Made by a program: the position numbers and the translations under genes
Notes under the pieces: generated by a model
The model's database searches: none
Told to the model about the DNA's origin: nothing
What the model saw: only the letters and a program-made list of their open reading frames with translations
Source of the DNA: Chitinophaga sp.
GTDB taxonomy: Bacteria > Bacteroidota > Bacteroidia > Chitinophagales > Chitinophagaceae
Direction: 5' to 3'
DNA: 64,000 bases
NCBI RefSeq assembly: GCF_039596155.1
Contig: NZ_JBCNKF010000011.1
Coordinates: forward strand, 29,642 to 93,641
Shown: positions 1 to 8,838 of the stretch, in pieces
Numbering within the stretch: position 1 is the first letter of the stretch
Layout: every line of letters starts with the position of its first letter

Positions 1-75
1 GGGTTGGAAAAGGAGGCCGATGTGATGGGCGCCCAGGCAGGCCGGTATGAAGACACCATTTCAAAACCGGTGTAA
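1..75 (+). CDS. 3' end of a probable DUF4157 (eCIS core domain-like) protein, truncated by the window start
   Basis: Frame 1 reads GLEKEADVMGAQAGRYEDTISKPV*. LExEADxMGxxA is the characteristic C-terminal motif of DUF4157 domains. Only 24 codons are visible. Confidence 0.5.
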   Translation, partial: GLEKEADVMGAQAGRYEDTISKPV

Positions 76-111
76 CTATTTGAAATAGTGTTCCCGTTGT
101 ACAACCCCTTT

Positions 112-1074
112 TTACCCTTTCAGCTTCTGTACAATTATCTGGTACTTTGCCACTTTCTTACCCGGCATGATATGCGCTTCACAACTCTTCATCGTAATCT
201 TCACCTGGAAAGTATCATCTCCAAACGTCAGCATGGGGGTACTGCTACCCGGTTTTAATTCCAGTGTCTGTGCATTGTGGTCGTTTCTGTTCACGGTTAC
301 TGAAATAGCGCCCGTCTGTTCATTGATATTATTCACCTTTACAGCAATCCCTTCAATGATCTCACTGGTATTGCCCAAAGCCGTATACCTGTCCAGGTCA
401 TATACAATCTCATAGTTCTTTTCAGCCGCAGGCAACGAAACGGGTGGATGGATCATGCGCTCGGCTGCATACTTTTCTGCGTTCAGTTTGATATTCGCAA
501 ACCTGTTCAACCGTAACTGGCTTGTTGAAATACTATCTCTCAACTGTTCCTGCTTCTCCTGAAGCTTTACTATTTTCTCCGCATTGCAGTCAAATGCTTT
601 TGCTTTCGCGAGGGTATTGATCTTTACTTCCAGGTCCTGCTGCGCCTGTTTGAAACTATCCACTTTTATAGATACGACCGAAACAGAGTCCTTGTACCGG
701 CCGATAGAGTCCGTGATCACCTGGATCTTTCCCTGAAAATAACGTCTCAGTGAATCCCATCTTTTTTGCATTTCTACATCGGTAGTCGCAATTGACAGGA
801 CTTCGAACATCTCGGCAATCTTATCATATTTACCGAGGGAGTCAGCGGTGTACAGGTTGTTGTATTGGGTAATGTAGGAGTTGAGATATTCATTCTCCGT
901 TTGCCGGGAAGATATTTTCAACTCATAACCTTTGTAAATACAGGTAGTGATAATGCCTGCTGCGCCGATGATGAAAGTACCCAGGAAAAACTTCCAGAAA
1001 TCGTAACGGTACTCTTTGATTTTAATAATAGCCTCCTCTGAGAGCGGTGTGGTGTTCTCTTTTGATGTAAGCAT
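112..1074 (-). CDS. Hypothetical membrane-anchored coiled-coil protein
   Basis: ORF 112..1116. Start moved to ATG 1074 because a TATTTTTG -7 element lies at 1106-1113, inside the longer ORF. One hydrophobic segment (FWKFFLGTFIIGAAGIITTCIY) is followed by K/Q/E-rich heptad-like stretches. Confidence 0.75.
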   Translation of the reverse strand: MLTSKENTTPLSEEAIIKIKEYRYDFWKFFLGTFIIGAAGIITTCIYKGYELKISSRQTENEYLNSYITQYNNLYTADSLGKYDKIAEMFEVLSIATTDVEMQKRWDSLRRYFQGKIQVITDSIGRYKDSVSVVSIKVDSFKQAQQDLEVKINTLAKAKAFDCNAEKIVKLQEKQEQLRDSISTSQLRLNRFANIKLNAEKYAAERMIHPPVSLPAAEKNYEIVYDLDRYTALGNTSEIIEGIAVKVNNINEQTGAISVTVNRNDHNAQTLELKPGSSTPMLTFGDDTFQVKITMKSCEAHIMPGKKVAKYQIIVQKLKG

Positions 1075-1105
1075 AGGAATATTCAATAGGATCTGAAAAC
1101 AAATG

Positions 1106-1113
1106 CAAAAATA
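1106..1113 (-). promoter_or_regulatory. Bacteroidota sigma-A -7 promoter element (TATTTTTG)
   Basis: Reverse complement of caaaaata matches TAnnTTTG; about 30 nt upstream of ATG 1074. Confidence 0.55.
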
Positions 1114-1125
1114 CATTAATATTTT

Positions 1126-1294
1126 TTATAGTCCGGTAATAAACCCTTGTTTCTTCATTTCATTGTACACTGCTTTTGAAGAAGACTTCATGAGTTTATC
1201 AACGCCGGTTGTCCCGCCAGCTCTGTTCGATATGAGTAGAACTGCAACTGCTTATGCCAATGGCCAGCACTAATGCACAAAGTATCTTTTTCAT
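1126..1294 (-). pseudogene. Internally deleted lipoprotein gene remnant
   Basis: ATG 1294 reads MKKILCALVLAIGISSCSSTHIEQSWRD (lipobox) and stops after 31 codons. A shifted frame continues TGVDKLMKSSSKAVYNEMKKQGFITGL* to TAA 1126-1128. These look like the N- and C-termini of one lipoprotein with the middle missing. Confidence 0.55.
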
Positions 1295-1298
1295 CAGC

Positions 1299-1676
1299 TT
1301 ATATTTCTGTGATCTGGTATTTGGGTGACAGGGAGTGTACTTTGGTGTACGATCCTGCACCAATTTCAAATAAACCCACTAGTACGTATGGAATCCAGGA
1401 TACTTCCCAGAAATCAAATACCCAGGGTGCTGTCATTAAAACCATTCCGCTTAATACATCTATTGTGAGATGGGCACTCATCTTTATCCTGCGGAAGACG
1501 CCAAGCTCATAATCGGTGAACAGGCTGTAAACAATAGTGGACACGCCCATTGCAACAGGTACCCATACTTCTCTTCCGCTGTCCGCTGTACCAAAGATGA
1601 CCAGTGGTGCAATGATTAAAAGGAAGCCGACCAGGTAGTCTATTATTCCATGTAACCGCGTATTGATAATTCCCAT
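1299..1676 (-). CDS. SPW repeat-type integral membrane protein
   Basis: MGIINTRLHGIIDY...APLVIFG...YSLFTDYELG...HLTIDVLSG...APWVFDF, with four hydrophobic segments. Start taken at Met72 of the ORF-track ORF. Confidence 0.8.
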   Translation of the reverse strand: MGIINTRLHGIIDYLVGFLLIIAPLVIFGTADSGREVWVPVAMGVSTIVYSLFTDYELGVFRRIKMSAHLTIDVLSGMVLMTAPWVFDFWEVSWIPYVLVGLFEIGAGSYTKVHSLSPKYQITEI

Positions 1677-2027
1677 TGTGATTGTTTTTCCTATAGAAAA
1701 ACATACGCCATGCCATCTGGCCGGGAGCGGATTTGCAAGGATGAGGCAAGCATAGAAGTGTTGACTGGTTTCCCTGTTAAGGGTAAATATAACCGGGTTG
1801 GATGTTAAGAAAGCACATGAAGGAGCTAATGGGGAAAAAAGGTCGTGCCTGCATAAAAATGTTTCTCTCTGTTCAGCATAGCACTGCATTTGTACGGGAA
1901 CGGGAAATTACATCATGAGCCTGTTGTGGCACAGGATATATCAATGAAATGATGTGCGATACATTTGAGATAATACGTTAGGTATTAATGCTAACAATTC
2001 TTTACATTTAGTGCCAAATTACAACCT

Positions 2028-2612
2028 GTGAACTATAAAATTGTACTGTTAGCTTGTACCCTTGCATTATCCGTAGCCTGCAATAAAGATAAAAATGAAG
2101 TTGCCCAGGTCTGGTTGTCTACGCCAGAACAGGTGTATTCTTTTGTTGGCAAAGACTGGAGTGTCGTGCAGCCTGCCATTAGCAACAAGAAAGACTACCT
2201 GTATGCCGAGTTGGATAACCAGCAGGTAAAATCTTATGTAGAAGTAAAAGGTATTGACACAGCAGCACCAGCACAGCATTATAAATTGTCATTCAATGTA
2301 GGAAAGGATAATAAAATTACTTCTCTGATTTATTCATGTACAGATCAACTGGACAAGTCCACCGGCAGTAAGAACTTTATTTATTTCTACGAGCATGCGG
2401 CACTCAAAATGACAGGTGTTACACAGCGGCACCAGTGGGTGCAGGAGACCTATAATCCTCAGCAAATGATCACCCCCGATTCCTTGTTGGTGGCATTGCA
2501 TGCAGGTAGTGCCACACAGCCTTTTCTTGACTGGTATACTGACAGCAGAAGGGTAGGCCTGGTGTATTTTAGTACAACCGGAGAGTTCAGAATGGAATTA
2601 AACGGTTATTAA
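2028..2612 (+). CDS. Hypothetical lipoprotein
   Basis: 194 aa, GTG start, lipoprotein signal MNYKIVLLACTLALSVAC-NKDK. Confidence 0.75.
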   Translation: MNYKIVLLACTLALSVACNKDKNEVAQVWLSTPEQVYSFVGKDWSVVQPAISNKKDYLYAELDNQQVKSYVEVKGIDTAAPAQHYKLSFNVGKDNKITSLIYSCTDQLDKSTGSKNFIYFYEHAALKMTGVTQRHQWVQETYNPQQMITPDSLLVALHAGSATQPFLDWYTDSRRVGLVYFSTTGEFRMELNGY

Positions 2613-2701
2613 AAGATATATAGCAATATCTTCCTGCATTGAATCCGTTCGGATGCGGACCGGAACAATATGCCTGGTGACAGTTGTGGTATCCACAGCA
2701 A

Positions 2702-4138
2702 CTACTTGATTTTTTTTGCTTCCTGTTGTTGTCCATTTTGATAAAGTATCAGGGCATTTATTTTCCCGGTGGTATCCGCTGTGAATTCAAGGTATGCTGC
2801 AAATTCTCTTGGAAAGAACCTGGTCTGTGTTTCCGCTACCAGTTCAAAACTTCCCTGCCGGGTAGCCTGTGCATATATTACTTTCCCTTCTTTGTAGATG
2901 GTGATAATAAAGTTAGGGGTGAGTTCATATTGTCCAACGTAGCTTTTCAGTATTGAATCCGGTACAGTTACTGATGTTTTGACGGTAGATTGGTACAGTC
3001 CTTTGAAACCATAGACCTTTGCCACACTGTTTGTCACTTCCTGCAGAATGCCACCGTTGTCGGAGTTCACCATCACGACGAGTCCATTCCCGTCTTTCAG
3101 GCTACCGTAGTACTGGGAGCGAAATCCATCATTGGCACCGCCATGTTCAAAATATCCTACACTATCCGTGTCAATAAATACGCCTAAAGCCGCGCTTTTA
3201 TCGAGGTAGGGGGTTAGTCTGAGCCGGGTCGTTGCCTGGTTCAGTACTTTGGCAGACCGACCTTCATAAGCCAGCTGTGTTTCGATGATGTATTTTGCGA
3301 GGTCGGTTGGATTTGTCCATAATCCTGCGGGCGCTTGTTCTGGATAGATATGGTAATTCCCCTTTACGGGTGTTCCATCTCCGCGATAACCGGTAGCAAG
3401 GAGTGTCGGCTTAGTATCTACAGGTGGTTGTGAGAATGTACTGGTGGTCATGCCGAGCGGTAGTAATACCTCTTTTTTCATGTAATCGGCATAGGGCATA
3501 TGTGTTACATCCATCACAATCAGCTGAGATATCACCGTACCTCCACCTGAATATTCGGATTTTATGCCAGGTGCATACATTGACCGTACGCGGGCTGAAT
3601 TAGCCGGTTGCTCACCATTCAGTATCTGTACGACTGTGGGGAGCGGAGCGCCCGGGGTGTATCCTTCGAAACCATGTACAGTCAATCCGGCTGTATGACT
3701 CAGCAGGTTTGCGATGGTGATCTTTTTCCCATTGGCTATGCTGTCATAAGGGAAGTGCCAGCTGGTAAGGTAAGTGTTGATATCAGTATATAAATCAAGT
3801 TTTTTATCCTGTACGAGTTTCAGTACACCCACGCCATTTAAAGATTTACTGATAGAGGCTGCCTGGAACAGCGTTTTTGTTGTTACCGGTATTTTTAAGC
3901 TGTCGTTTGCCCAACCATAACCTTTGGCCCAGACCAGCTTATAATTTTGTATGACGGCGATACTTAATCCCGGAATTTTGTAATGTACCATTCGTTCCGC
4001 TATTGTCCAGGGCTTTTCATCCGCCAGTTGTATCGTCCCGACGAGGTTTGTCTCTACTTGTGCTATTTTTTCTTTGTCGGTTTGCGCGTAAATGGTCAAA
4101 TGTATTAACAGCAGAAGTGGGAGAAGGAGTGGTTTCAT
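2702..4138 (-). CDS. Serine hydrolase, beta-lactamase/class C-like family, with DUF3471-like C-terminal domain
   Basis: Signal peptide; SxxK (ASISK), LLSHTAG, YSGGG, HGG; C-terminal YVGQYEL...LVAETQTRFF module. Confidence 0.88.
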   Translation of the reverse strand: MKPLLLPLLLLIHLTIYAQTDKEKIAQVETNLVGTIQLADEKPWTIAERMVHYKIPGLSIAVIQNYKLVWAKGYGWANDSLKIPVTTKTLFQAASISKSLNGVGVLKLVQDKKLDLYTDINTYLTSWHFPYDSIANGKKITIANLLSHTAGLTVHGFEGYTPGAPLPTVVQILNGEQPANSARVRSMYAPGIKSEYSGGGTVISQLIVMDVTHMPYADYMKKEVLLPLGMTTSTFSQPPVDTKPTLLATGYRGDGTPVKGNYHIYPEQAPAGLWTNPTDLAKYIIETQLAYEGRSAKVLNQATTRLRLTPYLDKSAALGVFIDTDSVGYFEHGGANDGFRSQYYGSLKDGNGLVVMVNSDNGGILQEVTNSVAKVYGFKGLYQSTVKTSVTVPDSILKSYVGQYELTPNFIITIYKEGKVIYAQATRQGSFELVAETQTRFFPREFAAYLEFTADTTGKINALILYQNGQQQEAKKIK

Positions 4139-4594
4139 TATTGGGAATTTGGGTGATTAAATGGGACATACTAATATACGGAATAGGTGGGAACCAGGGA
4201 GGCTACATGAGCAGTTGCCGCAGCATTCATTGACGGTAAACAAAACAGTGCATATCTGGAAATGGAAGAAGACGAAGTTTTTTGAACAAAATGGAGAATA
4301 TTTAGTTTATTATATACGAACATTGAAAGTGACAAGATGCTGCTAACGCTCGTATTGGAATGAATGCCTTCGCAATCGTTTATGAGAATAAAAGATTGGT
4401 CTGATTTATCTTTTTCGTTCTAACATTATAAACTACAACAATAGCGTATTCACGGATATAATCAATACAGTGCAAAATATGCTGAGTGCCTTATGGGCAA
4501 TTCCACGATATATTTAACCTGGTTATCCACCCCTAATTTAGCTTGATCCGATATAGCCACAACATGAAAATTATTCCAGTTTAGCTGGTATTAT

Positions 4595-6178
4595 ATGAAC
4601 TCCCAAATAAATACATTCACCATGGACATTAAAAAAAAGTTAGCACAACTTGGCAAGCAGCCAGACATTATCCTTATTATAACAGATGAACAGCGGGCTA
4701 CACAACATTTTCCTCCGGGATGGGAGGAGAAAAATCTTCAGACATTGACATTCCTGAAAAAGAATGGTTTCAGTTTCGACAGGGCATTCTGCAATACCTG
4801 TATGTGTTCTCCCAGCCGCGCTACATTATTTACAGGAATTTATCCGGCTAAACATAAGGTTTCCCAAACACTGACGATTGGTGGCCCGTTATCTCCTGCT
4901 GAACCAACGCTCAGTACTTCCCTGCCTACCATTATGAATGTGCTGTGGAATGACGGTTATGACGTACAGTACCGTGGTAAATGGCACATGAGTAAAGGTG
5001 TTGCCGGCAATGGGATGGTGACCAATTACGATAACCTGACACCGGCGGACATCTCTTTATTTGGCGCCATGGGCTGGATAGCTCCGGATGCAGGAGAAGA
5101 TGTAAATCCGTTAAACTTTGGCGGTGGATTTGCCAATCATGATGCCCGGTATGTGGCAGAAGCCATCAAATATCTGCAGGAGGTAAAAATAAAAAGGGCC
5201 GCAGGTCAATATCAGCCTTATTGCCTGATCGTATCGCTCGTAAACCCACATGATGTACTGGCTTATCCCAAGACTGCAGGTACTTCCGGATATCATCCTG
5301 AAGCCTGGTCACAAAGGGACATTGGATTGCCTGACACGGTGGACGAACATTTACTGGCTAATAAAAAACCTATGGCGCAGGAACAGATCTTATTAGCCAT
5401 GGATGCTTCATTAGGGGCATTACCTAACGTAGAACAGCAATTAGATTATATAAATTTTTACGGGTATCTATTAACGCTTGTCGACAAAGAGATCGGTAAA
5501 CTGATCACTGAGTTGTATGCCAAAGATGGAAATGGAAACAGCCTCGCTGATGCAGCGATAGTGACTTACACGTCTGACCACGGAGAAATGGGGCTTGCAC
5601 ATGGCGGACTACGCCAGAAAACCTTTGTGGCTTATGAAGAAGCATTACGGGTGCCCCTTGTTATATCCAACCCTGTTTTATTTTCAGATCATCCTATTCA
5701 ACAATCTATGGCGCTGGCTACGTTGGTGGACATTATGCCTACGTTTATGGAGATTGCCAATGTAACTAATCCTCCTGCGGGACTGGCAGGCGTAAGCCTG
5801 TTGCCGGTAATAGCGGATGGTACGGCTGTACAGCATAGTATATTGTTTACCTACGACGATACGAAGGCAGGATCAAATAGCAAATGGTCGGCGGTGAATG
5901 CTGCAAATCGTATTCGATGTATCCGCACAGAGAAGTGGAAGTATAGCTGCTATTTTGATGCTTCGGGTGCTTATTACAACCAATATGAACTCTATGACCT
6001 GGTAAACGATCCATCTGAATATACCAATCTTGCATATGATCCTGCTTACAACGAGATTCGGAGTGAGCTGGAAGCACAGTTGCATCAATTGGAAACAGAA
6101 AAACTAAGAGTGCAGACACCTCCCCAGGATGATAGCGTCCAGGAACCCCAACCGCATTATATGTTAGCCAGACCATAA
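4595..6178 (+). CDS. Formylglycine-dependent sulfatase family protein
   Basis: IITDEQR metal site, CSPSR (C-x-P-x-R), GKWH, NPHD, TSDHGEM, ELYDLVNDP. No signal peptide. Alternative start at 4622. Confidence 0.9.
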   Translation: MNSQINTFTMDIKKKLAQLGKQPDIILIITDEQRATQHFPPGWEEKNLQTLTFLKKNGFSFDRAFCNTCMCSPSRATLFTGIYPAKHKVSQTLTIGGPLSPAEPTLSTSLPTIMNVLWNDGYDVQYRGKWHMSKGVAGNGMVTNYDNLTPADISLFGAMGWIAPDAGEDVNPLNFGGGFANHDARYVAEAIKYLQEVKIKRAAGQYQPYCLIVSLVNPHDVLAYPKTAGTSGYHPEAWSQRDIGLPDTVDEHLLANKKPMAQEQILLAMDASLGALPNVEQQLDYINFYGYLLTLVDKEIGKLITELYAKDGNGNSLADAAIVTYTSDHGEMGLAHGGLRQKTFVAYEEALRVPLVISNPVLFSDHPIQQSMALATLVDIMPTFMEIANVTNPPAGLAGVSLLPVIADGTAVQHSILFTYDDTKAGSNSKWSAVNAANRIRCIRTEKWKYSCYFDASGAYYNQYELYDLVNDPSEYTNLAYDPAYNEIRSELEAQLHQLETEKLRVQTPPQDDSVQEPQPHYMLARP

Positions 6179-6335
6179 AAGCATTATCAACAATCATCCT
6201 GCATGGTTTAAAGCAGGTATCTGACGGCAGGGGGGCTATTGATAATTGCGGGGGAGAATATGTTCCACGGAACTTTTAAAACAGGATCGCTGCTGAATGA
6301 AGTTTGATGGGAGGAACATCATAACGTGCTAAAAG

Positions 6336-6375
6336 AAAGAGGGTACTCATAAATAAATGAGTACCCTCTTTTTCT
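6336..6375. terminator. Bidirectional intrinsic terminator between the sulfatase and tRNA-Gly
   Basis: aagagggtactcat-aaataa-atgagtaccctctt, a perfect 14-bp stem flanked by A- and T-rich runs. Confidence 0.85.
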
Positions 6376-6378
6376 ATG

Positions 6379-6451
<73 letters not shown>

Positions 6452-6506
6452 TTGCGTTTTTATTTGTTTCCCGTTGAAATAACTGGTGTTTGTTTCGTTG
6501 GGAGTG

Positions 6507-6539
6507 CAAAGATATGTATTTAATTTTATAAAAAGCAAA
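6507..6539 (-). promoter_or_regulatory. sigma-A promoter of tRNA-Gly copy 1 (-33 TTTG, -7 TATCTTTG)
   Basis: Reverse complement of caaa at 6536-6539 and caaagata at 6507-6514, 21-nt spacing. Confidence 0.75.
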
Positions 6540-6600
6540 TTTTGTATAAAAAATGTCAGTGATAATATTGACGAATTATTGTGGGCAATTCTATACGCTA

Positions 6601-6634
6601 AAAAAAAGCACCGGCAAATTGCCGATGCCTTTTA
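6601..6634 (-). terminator. Intrinsic terminator of the susC-susD-GH31 operon
   Basis: Minus strand reads GGCATCGGC-AATTT-GCCGGTGC followed by a T run, just downstream of the GH31 stop. Confidence 0.7.
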
Positions 6635-6656
6635 CGTGGACCTGATTCAACCATAA

Positions 6657-8816
6657 TTAATAATTTGACCTTATCTCTCCGCCTTTCAGCTGTATTGTAC
6701 CTTCGTATTTTTGTCCATTTTTTAATACGACTGCCTTTACAACTTTCACATCCATTGCTATATCATACTTCCCTGTCCGTGAAGACAGTTTAATTTTCGT
6801 CACTCCGTTTTCTTCTTTCGCCTGGTAATGCAGGTAGCTATATACTCCTTTCTTAAACTCCCATCCCTCACCAGCATCCCAATATAATTCTCCATTTGCT
6901 TTACCTGTACCATCCAGGCAAATAAACAATGTCAGTTCTGACAGTGAATGATCATTTGTATACTGGATCTTTGTTCCTACAGGCAGGATACTCCCGCCTT
7001 TCAACAGCAGTCTTGCCTGGTGCGCATCCTGGCTATCTCCATCCACCAGCTGCAATTGTTCCCATTTTCCTTTGGGTAACGCAGGGTTTTGTGCAAAGGA
7101 AGGAATTACAAGCAGGTCATCGCCCAGCAGGAAAGCCTGCTCTTCGGCTCTGAGCCTGCTATCTGCAGGATCATTAAAGAAGACGGGCTCCATGATCGGT
7201 AAACCTGTCTGATGGGCTTTATAAAACAAGGTATAGAGGTAAGGCAGTAAGCGGTACCTGCGTTCCAGTGCAATGCGGGATGTTTTTTCAATATCCGGTC
7301 CGAATGCCCAGGGCTCTTTGTTATTCGTACCTGCACAGGCATGACCTCTTGCAAATGGCAGCAATGCACCAAAGCCAATCCAGTCTGCCCAGAGTTCACT
7401 GGATGTATTTTCCAGGAAACCGCCAATATCTGGTCCGCTGAATGGTTGTCCTGATAACCCCAATGTAATTGACATGGGTACGGACACTTTCATAAATGGT
7501 GTAGCTGCCAGGTTATCGCCCGTCCATGTTGCGGCAAAGCGTTGTCCACCCAGCAGATTGGCACGGGTGAGGATGAAGGGGCGCTTATCCGGGTTCGCTG
7601 CCATTACACCTTCGCGGGTTGCCTGTACCATTAATCTGCCGTAAGCATTGTGGTATAATAAATGCGGACCTGCGGGTAATGTACCACCGCCGCGATGTGG
7701 CGTATGATATGGCATGGTACCCAGCCTTAATGCTGCCGGTAGTTCACCGTCCATTACTGCAGGTTCATTCATATCATTCCAGATCCCATCGATATCATTG
7801 GCCATGAAATTGCGATACAAGCCTGCCCACCACTGCCGTGTACGTGGCATGGTAAAATCAGGAAATGCACAATCACCCGGCCATACTTTACCATGATATT
7901 CTTTCCCGGTTGTATCCTTTACCCACACGTCCTGGGTAGTACCGGACCGATACACTTCGTAAGAAGGATCTGCTTTTACACCGGGATCAATCATGAACAC
8001 GGAATGAAAGTTTTTTGCATGCAGGTCTGCATTCAACTGTTTCGGATCAGGGAAGTTGTTTTTGTTAAATGTAAAGACCCTGAAGCCATCCATATAATCT
8101 ATATCCATCCAGATCGCATCGCAGGGGATTTGTTTGAGCCGGAAGGTATCGGCAATTTCCCTTACACGTTGAGCTGTGGCATAGGAGAATCTACATTGCT
8201 GATAGCCTAGTGCCCATCTGGGCGGCATCTCCATTGTACCGGTGAGTGCTGCGAGTCCTTTCACTACTTCCTGTGGAGAAGACCGATCGATCACAAATAC
8301 CCGGAAGCGGGGACCTCCCTCCGTATTAAATGATATCTTGTCGGAGTGGGTGGTCAGCGTCGCTTTCCACTGGCTGTCGAACAGGATACCGAAGGCTGTT
8401 CCGTTTTTCCTGACACCCATCACCCAGGGGTGTGTCTGGTATAATCTTCTACCACTATCGGCTCCATACGCGCCGTTGTCTGTATTCCAGAGGTGAATGG
8501 TCTGTCCGTTTCTCAGCAAGGGACCTGTTACTTCTCCACCCCCATACAAACTCACTTCACCATCCAGAGATACACTGGCGCCTGTTGCTGAAAAGGAAGG
8601 GACTATCTGCCAGTCTGCCGGCACCCTGCCTTTGATAACCGGCTCCTGCTGCAGCATTAACGACGGCGTTTTCGATAGATCAAAGCCTTCCGGGATAAAC
8701 ACTGCAATTGAATTGCCTACCAGGCCTGACTGCTTCACTGGAATTGTTTGCGCATTCATCGCGCCCCAGTACATGACAGTAAGGATAAACAGGAAACGTT
8801 TTGAAACTTGAATCAT
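6657..8816 (-). CDS. GH31 alpha-glucosidase family glycoside hydrolase (secreted/periplasmic)
   Basis: Signal peptide; WMDIDYM, WNDMNEP nucleophile motif, WTGDN acid/base motif, GPDIGGF; C-terminal ELYWDAGEG (DUF5110-like). Confidence 0.93.
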   Translation of the reverse strand: MIQVSKRFLFILTVMYWGAMNAQTIPVKQSGLVGNSIAVFIPEGFDLSKTPSLMLQQEPVIKGRVPADWQIVPSFSATGASVSLDGEVSLYGGGEVTGPLLRNGQTIHLWNTDNGAYGADSGRRLYQTHPWVMGVRKNGTAFGILFDSQWKATLTTHSDKISFNTEGGPRFRVFVIDRSSPQEVVKGLAALTGTMEMPPRWALGYQQCRFSYATAQRVREIADTFRLKQIPCDAIWMDIDYMDGFRVFTFNKNNFPDPKQLNADLHAKNFHSVFMIDPGVKADPSYEVYRSGTTQDVWVKDTTGKEYHGKVWPGDCAFPDFTMPRTRQWWAGLYRNFMANDIDGIWNDMNEPAVMDGELPAALRLGTMPYHTPHRGGGTLPAGPHLLYHNAYGRLMVQATREGVMAANPDKRPFILTRANLLGGQRFAATWTGDNLAATPFMKVSVPMSITLGLSGQPFSGPDIGGFLENTSSELWADWIGFGALLPFARGHACAGTNNKEPWAFGPDIEKTSRIALERRYRLLPYLYTLFYKAHQTGLPIMEPVFFNDPADSRLRAEEQAFLLGDDLLVIPSFAQNPALPKGKWEQLQLVDGDSQDAHQARLLLKGGSILPVGTKIQYTNDHSLSELTLFICLDGTGKANGELYWDAGEGWEFKKGVYSYLHYQAKEENGVTKIKLSSRTGKYDIAMDVKVVKAVVLKNGQKYEGTIQLKGGEIRSNY

Positions 8817-8838
8817 CTATTGTATTGTTAATTAAAAA

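Noticed and set aside
1677-1889. 71-aa N-terminal extension of the SPW ORF
   Set aside because: Non-protein-like composition; the family-typical start is MGIINTRLHG at 1676.
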